This document shows positions 17,269 to 26,744 of a DNA stretch of 64,000 nt, in pieces. Position 1 is the first letter of the stretch. Each line of letters starts with the position of its first letter. The translations under genes were made by a program, and so were the position numbers. The stretch is from the NCBI GenBank assembly GCA_015064315.1, contig SVSL01000002.1, forward strand, positions 7,159 through 71,158, written 5' to 3'. The DNA comes from Oscillospiraceae bacterium (GTDB taxonomy: Bacteria > Bacillota > Clostridia > Oscillospirales > CAG-272). The notes beneath the pieces were generated by a model that saw nothing but the letters and a program-made list of their open reading frames with translations, was not told the DNA's origin and did no database searches.

Positions 17269-18753
17269 TCAGTCTTTTCCCGAATCCATGCTTGCAAACT
17301 CTTGATCCAGGATCTTATCTGCGGATTCAACCGCCTGCAAAAGCGCGTTTTTCTCAGCGGTATAACGGGAGAGGGCATCGTCGGAGCTCTCCGAGAAGAT
17401 GTGATACTTAACGGCTAAGGAATAGGTCTCCAGCTGGAGCTTTTCCACACGCGTTAAATCCCCCTCGCCTCCGTCTGCGCGATTTTCGCGTAAGCGGATC
17501 GCTTTCTTCTTAAAGCGGGAAATAAAGCCCTTCTTTTTGGGCTCGGTTTGAGAATCGTCCTCGCCGGTTTGATCCTCCGAGACAATTCCTTTCTTGCGCA
17601 ATCGCTTTTCGAGATACGTGTTGGAAAGCTCCAAAACAGTAGCAAAGAGCGGAACGCCCAAAACCATGCCCACAAGTCCCGCCAAGGAGCCCATGGTGGT
17701 AATGGCAATGATGACGCACAGGGAGCTGACGCCGGTGTTTTCTCCGAGGATCTTAGGAGCAATGATATTTCCGTCGATCTGTTGGATCACCAGGATGCAG
17801 ATAATAAATACGATCACCTTGGAGGGCTCGGTCAGGAAGATAATAACTGCCGAGGGAATTACGCCGATGAAGGGACCGATCACGGGAACGATATCGGTGA
17901 TGCCCACAATGGTGGCAATGAGGATGGCATAGGGGACGTTGAAGATCGAAATCAGAATATAGGTCAGCACACCGATGATCATGGAGTCTATGATCTTGCC
18001 CTCCAAAAAGCCGCCAAACGAGCGGTCTGCCGTGGTACAAAAGCGCGTGATCGTTTCGTTGGTAGAATCGCTGAACAACGCGCGGCGCATCCGCATGATC
18101 TGCGCATAGCGCTTTTCCTTGGTTGCCAACAAATAAAGGGAAATAAACAAGCCGAAGATGATATCTGTGATGACCGACACAATGCTGCTGGCAATATTGA
18201 ACACCGTAAAAAGATTATCGGCGGTTAAAAAGCTTGTCAGAGTCTGAGAGGAGACGTTCAGGGATTGGAAAAATCCCGTGATATCGCTTTGCAGGTCCGC
18301 AGCGTTGAGATAGGGGATCAGAGGTGCACCGTCAGCAGAAGATGCCTTGCTGTTCACCCATTTGATCAATCCGTTGATCTGCTCGGTTGTGGTAGTCAGA
18401 TAGGTTTCGTACTGGTTGATAAAGTTTTGAATGCTTTCGATCAATTGCGGAACGATCAAAAGGATCAGCAAGAAAAGGATCAAAAACAGTACAAGATAAG
18501 AGAAGAACAGAGAAAGTCCTCTGCGAAGCACGAAGGGGGATATCTTTTTGAAGAACTTTTTTTCAAAGAATCGGAAAAAGGGATTGAGCAGGTAAGCGAT
18601 CACAAGACCGATGATAACGGGGCGCAATAGCCAAAGAACCTTTCCCAGCCATTCGTTTACCGCGGACAGATTGATGATCAGCACGATCAAAAGCAACAGT
18701 GTTGCGTAAATCACTGCGCTGACTGTCCAAAATTTCTTTTTTTGAGCATTCAT
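17269..18753 (-). CDS. AI-2E family transporter (PerM/UPF0118) with a long C-terminal cytoplasmic tail
   Basis: The start MNAQKKKFW is preceded by AAGGAG. The eight-TM topology includes the typical ...ITDIVPVIGPFIGVIPS... segment. A polar tail of about 120 aa follows. Confidence 0.85.
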   Translation of the reverse strand: MNAQKKKFWTVSAVIYATLLLLIVLIINLSAVNEWLGKVLWLLRPVIIGLVIAYLLNPFFRFFEKKFFKKISPFVLRRGLSLFFSYLVLFLILFLLILLIVPQLIESIQNFINQYETYLTTTTEQINGLIKWVNSKASSADGAPLIPYLNAADLQSDITGFFQSLNVSSQTLTSFLTADNLFTVFNIASSIVSVITDIIFGLFISLYLLATKEKRYAQIMRMRRALFSDSTNETITRFCTTADRSFGGFLEGKIIDSMIIGVLTYILISIFNVPYAILIATIVGITDIVPVIGPFIGVIPSAVIIFLTEPSKVIVFIICILVIQQIDGNIIAPKILGENTGVSSLCVIIAITTMGSLAGLVGMVLGVPLFATVLELSNTYLEKRLRKKGIVSEDQTGEDDSQTEPKKKGFISRFKKKAIRLRENRADGGEGDLTRVEKLQLETYSLAVKYHIFSESSDDALSRYTAEKNALLQAVESADKILDQEFASMDSGKD

Positions 18754-18781
18754 ACAGCCGGACTCCTTTCGTTGTTTGGCG

Positions 18782-20299
18782 TTATTGCTGTGCGGCAGAG
18801 CCGGTGGCACTGTCGGCGTTTTCGGTGAGGCTGCTCATCATCCGATCACTTTCCTCCAACGCCTGACTTTCGGCAAGCGCGGTAGAAAACTGACGGTAGG
18901 TCTCATCGGAATCGTCGGAAATAATGTGAAAGCGATAGGCAAGCTCGTAAAGCTTCAAATGGAAATTCTCCCTTTTTGTCAGCTTAACCGAGGGGTTTTC
19001 CGCAAGCTTTTTGCGAATGGCGATCACCTTTCTTTCAAGCTTGAGGACAGTTTTGTTGGTGGACATACTGATATCCTTTACGGGATCCACGTCCGTACCT
19101 GCGGGATAATAGCTTTCAAGTCCCGAGGGGAGTCCTTTCTTTTGCAGGCGCTCGGCAATATAAAGATCACTTAATTCAAGCACGGTTGCAAACAACGGCA
19201 CACCCAAAATCGCCCCCAAAAGTCCCCACAGAGCAGACATGGTCGCAATGGCTATGATAACACACAAAGAGCTGACGCCGGTATTGTTTCCAAGGATCTT
19301 GGGACCGATGATATTTCCGTCGATCTGCTGCAGAATAATGACAACGATCAAAAAGGGAATTACCTTGGAGGGCTCTGCCAAGAGGATGATAAAGGACGTG
19401 GGAATCGCACCGATCAGCGGACCGATAATGGGGATGACGTTGGTGACTCCGATAAAGCTTGCGATCAGAATCGCGTAAGGAACGTCCAGAATAGAAATTA
19501 CGATATATGCTAAAAGACCAATGATCAAAGAGTCGATGATCTTTCCTTCCAAAAACTTACCAAAGGAGCGGTCCGCAATCTGACACAGCTTTGTGATTCT
19601 GCCGTTGATCTTGTCGCTGAACAGAGCGTTCCGAAGCTTCATCACCTGACGGTAGCGCTTCTCCTTGGTGCTCAGCAGATAGATGGAGATAAAGAGTCCA
19701 AAGATGGTATCCGTGGCGGCGGAAAGGGCATTGCTCAGTGTGTTGGTGATGGGGGCAAGGGTGTTTTGCGATTCGGCAAGGGTTTGCAGATCCAATCCGT
19801 TGATCCAGCTTGAGAACCCGCCGGAAATCGTTGAGGACTCCAAATGAGGGAGAAAGCCCGGAGCTTGCGTGAGTTGCTCGGCAAAGCCATTGATCTTATC
19901 AATGACCTTATTGAGCTGGAGAATGGCTGAGGCACTGTAGCTTTCGTAGTTCTTCACAAGATCTCCGATACTGCTTGCGAGCTGCGGAAGGATCAACGCC
20001 ATCAACAGAATGATGATCAAAAGGATCGACAGATAGGTGCAGAGTAAGGAGATCGCCCGACGAAGTCCGGAGGGGCGGAGACGCGGGAAGGCTTTTTGCT
20101 CAAAGAAACGGAAAAAAGGATTGCACAGATATGCAATCGCAAGTCCTATCCAAACCGGACGCAGGATGGTCATCAGATGACCGAGCCATGCGTTGATGGT
20201 GGTGATGTTCGCGGTTGTGATAATAAAAATAAACAGGAGCGCGTAGATCACAGCGCCCTTGAACAGCCGCGTTTTGAAAATGCTTTTTTCCTCGCCCAT
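18782..20299 (-). CDS. AI-2E family transporter paralogue with a long C-terminal cytoplasmic tail
   Basis: Same architecture as 17269..18753 (VTNVIPIIGPLIGAIPT). The tail shares the motif ...LKLYELAYRFHIISDDSD.... The start could be the ATG at 20299 or the TTG at 20320. Confidence 0.85.
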   Translation of the reverse strand: MGEEKSIFKTRLFKGAVIYALLFIFIITTANITTINAWLGHLMTILRPVWIGLAIAYLCNPFFRFFEQKAFPRLRPSGLRRAISLLCTYLSILLIIILLMALILPQLASSIGDLVKNYESYSASAILQLNKVIDKINGFAEQLTQAPGFLPHLESSTISGGFSSWINGLDLQTLAESQNTLAPITNTLSNALSAATDTIFGLFISIYLLSTKEKRYRQVMKLRNALFSDKINGRITKLCQIADRSFGKFLEGKIIDSLIIGLLAYIVISILDVPYAILIASFIGVTNVIPIIGPLIGAIPTSFIILLAEPSKVIPFLIVVIILQQIDGNIIGPKILGNNTGVSSLCVIIAIATMSALWGLLGAILGVPLFATVLELSDLYIAERLQKKGLPSGLESYYPAGTDVDPVKDISMSTNKTVLKLERKVIAIRKKLAENPSVKLTKRENFHLKLYELAYRFHIISDDSDETYRQFSTALAESQALEESDRMMSSLTENADSATGSAAQQ

Positions 20300-20446
20300 T
20301 TCACCCGTGTCCTCTCTCAAGTACGTTTAGATAAATAAACAAAAATATAACATATAATATTTTAACGCAAAAACAGCTTTTCGTCAATAGCTTTTGCAGG
20401 ATTTCTGCTCACTTTGCAATATTTTTTTCAATTCTTTCGAGAATCC

Positions 20447-20475
20447 TTGAAAAAAAACAAAAAATGTGTTACAAT
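20447..20475 (+). promoter_or_regulatory. Sigma-A type promoter upstream of ispE
   Basis: TTGAAA (20447-20452), a 17-nt spacer, then TGtTACAAT with an extended -10 (20467-20475). Confidence 0.5.
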
Positions 20476-20515
20476 ATAGAAAGCAATGAAAACATCCGGA
20501 GGTTGAACGCCAAGC

Positions 20516-21406
20516 ATGAGAATGGAAAAAGCAAACGCCAAGATCAATCTTTATCTGGACGTGGTTTCCAGAAGAGAGAACGGATATCACAATATTGTCA
20601 GTCTGATGCAGACCCTGTCCCTTTGCGATCTGGTAACCCTTGACTACCGCCCGGCAGAGCACACGGAGATCCGGCTGTCTGCCTCCGGAAACACGGATAT
20701 GCCCACCGACCGCAAAAATTTGGCGTGGCGTGCCGCAGAGCTGTTCCTTGCCGAAACAGGGAAGACGGGAGAGGTGGATCTCTTTATTGAAAAGCATATT
20801 CCCATGGCGGCAGGTCTTGCGGGGGGGAGCGCCGACGCGGCGGCTGTCCTTCGCGGCTTGAATGCGTTGTGCGGAGCCCCTCTGTCCTTGGAAAGACTCT
20901 GCGCGCTGGGCGCTCGTCTCGGTGCCGACGTTCCGTTCTGTATTGTAGGCGGTATGGCGTTGGTGACGGGAATTGGAGAACAGCTGGAATATCTTCCTTC
21001 CATGCAGGACTGTCCCATGGTGGTAGCCTGTCAGGGGGAGGGGGTCTCTACGGTTTGGGCTTACGGACGGCTGGATGAAGCCTACGGTGGCTTTTCTTCT
21101 CCAAAGGCTGAATCCGACGTGCCCACAAGACTTTCTGCGCTTCTTACAAAAGGAGATTTTGCTTCCTCCAAGGGCTTGCTCTTCAATCTGTTTGAGGAGG
21201 TTGTCCCCGAGGTGCAGCCTTGTGTGGAGCCGCTGAAGGCGGCAATGCTGGCGCACGGGGCTATTGCTTCTATGATGAGCGGTAGCGGACCTTCGGTGTT
21301 TGGTATTTTCGGCTCGCTTTCGGATGCCGAGGCGGCGTGTGCTTCCTTGAAAAACACAGGAGCGGCGGCGTTTGTATGTCATCCCTGCGAAAAATATGAA
21401 AATTGA
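20516..21406 (+). CDS. ispE: 4-diphosphocytidyl-2-C-methyl-D-erythritol kinase
   Basis: AKINLYLDV N-terminus and the GHMP kinase motif IPMAAGLAGGSADAAAVL. Confidence 0.93.
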   Translation: MRMEKANAKINLYLDVVSRRENGYHNIVSLMQTLSLCDLVTLDYRPAEHTEIRLSASGNTDMPTDRKNLAWRAAELFLAETGKTGEVDLFIEKHIPMAAGLAGGSADAAAVLRGLNALCGAPLSLERLCALGARLGADVPFCIVGGMALVTGIGEQLEYLPSMQDCPMVVACQGEGVSTVWAYGRLDEAYGGFSSPKAESDVPTRLSALLTKGDFASSKGLLFNLFEEVVPEVQPCVEPLKAAMLAHGAIASMMSGSGPSVFGIFGSLSDAEAACASLKNTGAAAFVCHPCEKYEN

Positions 21407-21491
21407 CGGCATAAGTCATGTGAATATTCACACGGAGTTCACACATAAGAGTTACAATATATAAGATTTTTTCTGAAAAGAGGATTTTACA

Positions 21492-22607
21492 TTGAAAAAG
21501 CAAACGAAAAATGCCTGCGCGCTGAGGACGTCTATCGGCGGTCAGGCTTTGATGGAAGGAATCATGATGAGAGGCCCCAAAAAGGCGGCAATGGCGGTTC
21601 GTAATCCCGAGGGGGAGATCGTCCTTGAGGAGGTTGAGCTGAAGGCGTCAAGTCGTCCCAAGTTTTGCAAATGGCCGATCTTTCGCGGCGTGCTTGGCTT
21701 CGTTGATTCCATGACTCTGGGCTACAAGTGCTTGATGCGCTCCGCCGAGATATCGGGTCTTGAGGATCTTGTAGAGGAAAGCCCCAAAAAGAAAAAGCAG
21801 CGCGAGGAGCAGGAAGCAGCAAATGCCGAGAGTGCGGAGTCTTTTGTGGAAGCCGCAACCGAGGCGCCTGTGGCGGAAGAAGCCCAAGCGACTGACGCGG
21901 AGCCTGCTAAAAAAGAAGAGGAAAAGCTTCCCGCGTGGGTGGCGACTCTGATGATGGTGGCATCCGTGGTGCTTGCGGTTCTGTTGGCGATCGGACTTTT
22001 CTTCTATTTGCCCTCCAAGCTTTATGAGTTGATTTTCTATAACACCGGATTTTTACAGACCGACAGCGACGTGCTCAATTCCTTTATCAAGTCCTTGTTT
22101 GAGGGACTCTTTAAGATCGCGCTTTTGGTGGGATATATGTCGGCAATCTCCTTGATGAAGGATATTCGCCGCACCTTTATGTATCACGGCGCGGAGCACA
22201 AGACCATCTTCTGCTATGAGGCAGGTCTGGAGCTGACGGTGGAGAACGTACGCAAAATGGGAAGATTTCATCCCCGTTGCGGTACCTCCTTCCTGATTCT
22301 GATGCTTCTGGTAAGTATGTTTATTTCTTTCTTTATTGATCCGATCTCCATTGCATTGACCTATGACGTGCTTCCCACCGCATGGAGAACGCTGGTTCGT
22401 CTTTTGATGTTTCCCATCGTGATGGGCGTTGGTTACGAGCTGATCAAGTTTGCGGGACGTCACGACAATCTGCTCACGCGCATTATCTCTGCGCCCGGTG
22501 TATGGCTTCAGCATCTGACGGTGTTTGAGCCCACCGACGATATGATCGAATGCGCTATCATGGCGGTCAAAGAGGTCATCCCCGATGACGGAAGCGACAA
22601 ATGGTGA
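21492..22607 (+). CDS. DUF1385 family membrane protein
   Basis: The TTG start lies 7 nt after AAGAGGA. Motifs GGQALMEGIMMRG, YHGAEHKTI and HPRCGTSF are typical of DUF1385. Confidence 0.8.
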   Translation: MKKQTKNACALRTSIGGQALMEGIMMRGPKKAAMAVRNPEGEIVLEEVELKASSRPKFCKWPIFRGVLGFVDSMTLGYKCLMRSAEISGLEDLVEESPKKKKQREEQEAANAESAESFVEAATEAPVAEEAQATDAEPAKKEEEKLPAWVATLMMVASVVLAVLLAIGLFFYLPSKLYELIFYNTGFLQTDSDVLNSFIKSLFEGLFKIALLVGYMSAISLMKDIRRTFMYHGAEHKTIFCYEAGLELTVENVRKMGRFHPRCGTSFLILMLLVSMFISFFIDPISIALTYDVLPTAWRTLVRLLMFPIVMGVGYELIKFAGRHDNLLTRIISAPGVWLQHLTVFEPTDDMIECAIMAVKEVIPDDGSDKW

Positions 22608-22626
22608 TCCCATAGAGGTATATGAT

Positions 22627-23163
22627 ATGGAAACGATCAAACAGCAGGCGAAAGAGGCGATTTTAGAACTGATCGAGAAGGCAGAGCTGAAAAAAGGGCA
22701 GATTCTTGTCATTGGATGCTCTTCCTCCGAGATCGTGGGAGAGACCATTGGACACGGCTCAAGCCTGGAAGCGGCAGAAGCGTTTTTTGAGGCGATCTAT
22801 CCCGTTTTGAAGGAGCAGGGGATCTATCTTGCGGCGCAGTGCTGTGAGCATCTCAACCGTGCGCTGATTTTGGAGAGAGAATGCGCCGAGCAATACGGAT
22901 GGGAGCCGGTATGTGTGGTTCCTCAGCCCAAGGCGGGAGGCTCCTTTGCCACCACGGCGTGGAGACGCTTTGACGATCCCGTGGCGGTAGAGCATATCAA
23001 GGCGCACGCGGGATTGGACGTTGGCGGTACCCTCATCGGTATGCATCTGAAGGAGGTTGCCGTTCCCGTCAGACTTTCCGTGAACAAGATCGGATGCGCA
23101 AACCTGCTTTCCGCGCGTACACGCCCCAAATATATCGGCGGAATCCGCGCAAAATACGAGTGA
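22627..23163 (+). CDS. TIGR01440/UPF0340 family protein
   Basis: KGQILVIGCSSSEIVGETIG and AAQCCEHLNRALILE are hallmark segments of this family. The start was chosen at METIKQQ. Confidence 0.75.
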   Translation: METIKQQAKEAILELIEKAELKKGQILVIGCSSSEIVGETIGHGSSLEAAEAFFEAIYPVLKEQGIYLAAQCCEHLNRALILERECAEQYGWEPVCVVPQPKAGGSFATTAWRRFDDPVAVEHIKAHAGLDVGGTLIGMHLKEVAVPVRLSVNKIGCANLLSARTRPKYIGGIRAKYE

Positions 23164-23227
23164 TTTTCGTCTTTCTCGTGAAAATGCATGATTTTTGCAA
23201 AATGGCAAAAAAATATTCTGTTTTTTC

Positions 23228-23257
23228 TTGACAATCGATACGGTTTTGTGCTATAAT
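23228..23257 (+). promoter_or_regulatory. Sigma-A type promoter upstream of the MGS-like gene
   Basis: TTGACA (23228-23233), an 18-nt spacer, then TGcTATAAT (23249-23257). Confidence 0.55.
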
Positions 23258-23344
23258 ATATAGCGTGAATCTGATATCTCCGTTGGAGTTTCGTATTTTC
23301 CGACGTACCAACGATTACAAAACGGAAAGGAAGGACGATCTGAC

Positions 23345-23785
23345 ATGGAAATTGCCATTATCGCACATGATTTAAAAAAAGAATTGATGACACAGTTCTG
23401 TATTGCTTATTGCGGCATTTTGAGTAAACACAATCTGTGCGCGACCAGCATTACCGCAAAATATATTTCCGAAGCCACAGGGCTTGAAATCGAAAAGCTG
23501 CTTGCCGGTGTTCAAGGCGGAAAGCAACAGATCGCTTCCCGTGTTTCTTGTAATGAGGTGGACGTGTTGCTCTATTTCAGAGACACGCGCGCCGATGCGA
23601 TCCAGGATGAGATCGATACCGAGCTGCTTCGTCTGTGTGATCTTTACAACGTTCCGGTTGCCACCAACATTGCAACCGCCGAGGTCATCGTAACAGCGCT
23701 TGACCGAGGAGATCTGGACTGGAGAGAAATTGTAAACCCTCGCTCCGCTTATAACCTTCGTTTAAAGAATAAGTCTGATCTGTAA
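23345..23785 (+). CDS. Methylglyoxal synthase-like protein, probably catalytically inactive
   Basis: Aligns along its length with MgsA (IAIIAHDLKK..., ...VPVATNIATAE...). The TGTTG phosphate loop is TSITA, GGDQQ is GGKQQ, and the PHDPD segment is IQDEI. Confidence 0.7.
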   Translation: MEIAIIAHDLKKELMTQFCIAYCGILSKHNLCATSITAKYISEATGLEIEKLLAGVQGGKQQIASRVSCNEVDVLLYFRDTRADAIQDEIDTELLRLCDLYNVPVATNIATAEVIVTALDRGDLDWREIVNPRSAYNLRLKNKSDL

Positions 23786-23789
23786 GGAT

Positions 23790-23990
23790 CAGCCAAGAGA
23801 GACACGTCTTGCCGACACCGCGCAAAAGAGAGAGGATCAGTAGCTGAAAGATCCTTGGCGTAAGGGCGGCAGGGTACCACTCTGCTTGTAACAACCGAAT
23901 ACCAAATGAGTAAAAAGCTCGGGTGGAACCGTGCGGAATTTTCCACACCCCGAATTGGCAGACAAGCCGTCGGGGTGTGTTATTTTTATT
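23790..23990 (+). promoter_or_regulatory. T-box leader (Thr specifier) controlling thrS
   Basis: AGAGA and AGTA elements lie at about 23829-23845. The candidate specifier is ACC followed by A at 23876-23879. The T-box sequence is AAAGCTCGGGTGGAACCGTGCGG (23914-23936). A terminator stem cacaccccga/tcggggtgtg with a T-run lies at 23944-23988, and its 5' arm can alternatively pair with the T-box. Confidence 0.85.
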
Positions 23991-24024
23991 TATCAATTAT
24001 CTTAACATAAAGAGGAGAAAAACC

Positions 24025-25953
24025 ATGAAAATCAAAATTCAAGACAAAGTTTTGGAATACGCCGCGCCTGTGACCGTATACGATGCGGCAAAGGACGCCG
24101 AGCTGATCACGCGCGCCGTGATCGGTGCCGTTGTTGACGGAAAGACGGTTGCGCTGACTCATGAGCTCTGCGCAGATACTGAGGTTAAGCTTTTGACCTT
24201 CGCAGATCCCGAAGGTAAGCACCTCTTCCGTCATACCGCCTCCCATATTCTGGCGCAGGCCGTTAAGAGACTCTATCCCGCTGCCAAGCTGACCATTGGT
24301 CCTGCCATTGACAACGGCTACTATTATGACATCGACTCCGACGTTCCCTTTGGCGCCGACGCGCTCAAGGCAATCGAGGGTGAAATGAAGAAGATCGTCA
24401 AGGAAAACCTCAAGATCGAGCGCTTTGAGCTGCCTCGTGAAGAAGCAATTGCTTTGATGACCGAGAAGGAAGAGCCCTACAAGGTTCAGCTCATTGAGGA
24501 GCTTCCCGAGGACGCCGTTATCAGCTTCTACAAGCAGGGCGAGTTCACCGACCTTTGCGCAGGTCCTCACCTCTTCACCACGGGTGCCGTCAAGGCGTTC
24601 AAGCTGACCCAGTGCACCGGTGCTTACTGGAAGGGTGACCAGAACAACAAAATGCTTCAGAGAATCTACGGTATCGCTTATCCCTCCAAGGACGAGATGA
24701 ACGAATACCTCAAGCAGCAGGAAGAAGCCCTCAAACGCGACCACAACAAGCTGGGACGCGAGCTTGAGCTCTTTACCACCGTTGACGTCATCGGTCAGGG
24801 ACTTCCCATTCTTATGCCCAAGGGCGCGCGCGTGATCCAGACCCTCCAGAGATGGGTTGAGGACGAGGAGCAGAAGCGCGGCTATCTCTTGACCAAGACT
24901 CCCCTGATGGCAAAAAGAGATCTTTACAAGATCTCGGGACACTGGGATCACTACCGCGACGGTATGTTCATTCTGGGAGATCCCGATGATGAGACCAAGG
25001 AGTGCTTTGCCCTCCGTCCCATGACTTGTCCCTTCCAGTATCAGGTATTCCTGAACAAGAAGCGCTCCTACCGCGATCTGCCCATGAGACTGGGCGAGAC
25101 CTCCACCCTGTTCCGTAACGAGGAATCCGGCGAGATGCACGGTCTGATCCGTGTTCGTCAGTTCACCATTTCCGAGGGACACCTGATTCTCCGTCCCGAT
25201 CAGCTTGCCGAGGAATTCAAGGGCTGCCTTGACCTTGCCATCTACATGATGGATACTCTCGGACTCAAAGAGGACTGCTCCTTCCGCTTCTCCCAGTGGG
25301 ATCCCGCCCGTACCGATAAGTACGAGGGAACTCCCGAGCAGTGGGAAGAGGCACAGGGCATTATGAAAGAACTGCTGGATGCCAACGGCATCAACTACAC
25401 CATCGGTATCGACGAGGCTGCCTTCTACGGCCCCAAGCTGGATATTCAGATCAAGAACGTATTCGGCAAAGAGGACACCCTCATTACCATTCAGATCGAT
25501 ATGCTGCTGGCAAAGAAGTTCGGTATGGAATACGTGGATTCCAACAACCAGCTGGTAACGCCTTATATCATTCACCGTACCTCCATGGGATGCTACGAGA
25601 GAACCCTGGCGCTTCTCATCGAGAAGTACGCCGGCGCGTTCCCGTTGTGGCTGGCTCCCGAGCAGGTTCGCATTCTGCCCATCGGTGATGAGCACATCGA
25701 TTACGCCAAGAAGGTATACGACAAGCTCTTTGCCGCAGGTCTGCGCGTAGAGCTGGACGATTCCTCCAACACCATCGGATACAAGATCCGCGCAACCCAG
25801 ATGCAGAAGGTTCCTTACATGCTGGTCATTGGCGCCAAGGAAATGGAAGAGGGCACCGTTGCCGTTCGTAACCGCGCAGGCGAGACGGTCACCAAGCCCG
25901 TGGATCAGTTCCTCGCAGAAGCTCTTTTGGAGATCGCAGAGAAGAGAAGATAA
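24025..25953 (+). CDS. thrS: Threonine--tRNA ligase
   Basis: The start MKIKIQDK lies after AGAGGAG. It has a TGS domain, an editing domain (HTASHILAQAV) and class II motifs (FRNEESGEMHGLIRVRQFT). Codons upstream of 24025 in the track ORF overlap the T-box terminator. Confidence 0.96.
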   Translation: MKIKIQDKVLEYAAPVTVYDAAKDAELITRAVIGAVVDGKTVALTHELCADTEVKLLTFADPEGKHLFRHTASHILAQAVKRLYPAAKLTIGPAIDNGYYYDIDSDVPFGADALKAIEGEMKKIVKENLKIERFELPREEAIALMTEKEEPYKVQLIEELPEDAVISFYKQGEFTDLCAGPHLFTTGAVKAFKLTQCTGAYWKGDQNNKMLQRIYGIAYPSKDEMNEYLKQQEEALKRDHNKLGRELELFTTVDVIGQGLPILMPKGARVIQTLQRWVEDEEQKRGYLLTKTPLMAKRDLYKISGHWDHYRDGMFILGDPDDETKECFALRPMTCPFQYQVFLNKKRSYRDLPMRLGETSTLFRNEESGEMHGLIRVRQFTISEGHLILRPDQLAEEFKGCLDLAIYMMDTLGLKEDCSFRFSQWDPARTDKYEGTPEQWEEAQGIMKELLDANGINYTIGIDEAAFYGPKLDIQIKNVFGKEDTLITIQIDMLLAKKFGMEYVDSNNQLVTPYIIHRTSMGCYERTLALLIEKYAGAFPLWLAPEQVRILPIGDEHIDYAKKVYDKLFAAGLRVELDDSSNTIGYKIRATQMQKVPYMLVIGAKEMEEGTVAVRNRAGETVTKPVDQFLAEALLEIAEKRR

Positions 25954-25969
25954 TACACGCTTTGGAGAA

Positions 25970-26206
25970 GGATCCCTTGTGTAGAAGGGCAGGCGGCAAG
26001 CCGCCGACGAATTTGCCTGCGGCAAAGTTCGCGCTGTCAGCAAAACTGACTGAGGGGTTGTTTTGCGATAAAACGTTGCTTTTACAATCCCTCCGTCTTG
26101 CTTCGCAATCCACCTCCCTTTACACAAGGGAGGCTTAAAGATAGCTGCCACGTTTGTAGCGGCAGGGCAAACTACCGCAAGTGGCGGCTATAACGATTAT
26201 GGTAGT
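25970..26206. repeat. Hairpin-array intergenic element (copy H1)
   Basis: At least seven short GC stem-loops are present: ccctt/aaggg (25974-25989), ggcgg-caag-ccgcc (25992-26005), tttgcc-tgc-ggcaaa (26012-26026), gtcag-caaaa-ctgac (26036-26050), cctccctt-tacac-aagggagg (26113-26133), ctgcc/ggcag (26145-26165) and ctacc...ggtag (26172-26205). Confidence 0.6.
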
Positions 26207-26229
26207 AAAAACAAGGAGGATGGGTACGA

Positions 26230-26637
26230 ATGAAAAAAAGAATACTGAAAATATCGCTTGTAATCGTTCTAATTGCTTTGATCATCCTTTTGGCCGTCTG
26301 GATTGTTGCCGTGCTTCCTAAAGACAAGGGAGACTATCGAATAGAAGATTATACCGAAGAATTAGAACTGTTCAAATATGATTCCGAAAAAACATATGAC
26401 GAGGTCCACAACATTTACGATGCTTGTTGGATTGCTACAAACGCGGTGTCAGAGAGGTTTCCGGAAGAACGTTTTTTGCTTTTTTCTATAGAATATGAAA
26501 GATGGGTTTATCATGATACGGAATCGGATACGTGGTTCGTATATTTTGCGCTTTCCGATCCCGATGTGCTTGGGGGTGGGTATGCTTGTGTGATAGCATC
26601 CGATGGCGAAGTGATTGCTTGTTGGGGCTACGAATAA
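26230..26637 (+). CDS. Small N-terminally anchored hypothetical protein
   Basis: AAGGAGG SD, an N-terminal TM helix (ISLVIVLIALIILLAVWIVAVL) and AT-rich codon usage. Confidence 0.6.
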   Translation: MKKRILKISLVIVLIALIILLAVWIVAVLPKDKGDYRIEDYTEELELFKYDSEKTYDEVHNIYDACWIATNAVSERFPEERFLLFSIEYERWVYHDTESDTWFVYFALSDPDVLGGGYACVIASDGEVIACWGYE

Positions 26638-26744
26638 AAAGTGATGTTGCGATGTGTTTTTAAATCCCACACGGTTTGAGAAGATAATATTTTTGAGAAG
26701 GGAATGTTGCATTAAGAAAAAATGAAACAACTCCCGATAACGTA

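Noticed and set aside
23986-26151. 721-aa minus-strand ORF
   Set aside because: It is antisense to thrS and runs through the structured intergenic element. It has no recognisable domains.
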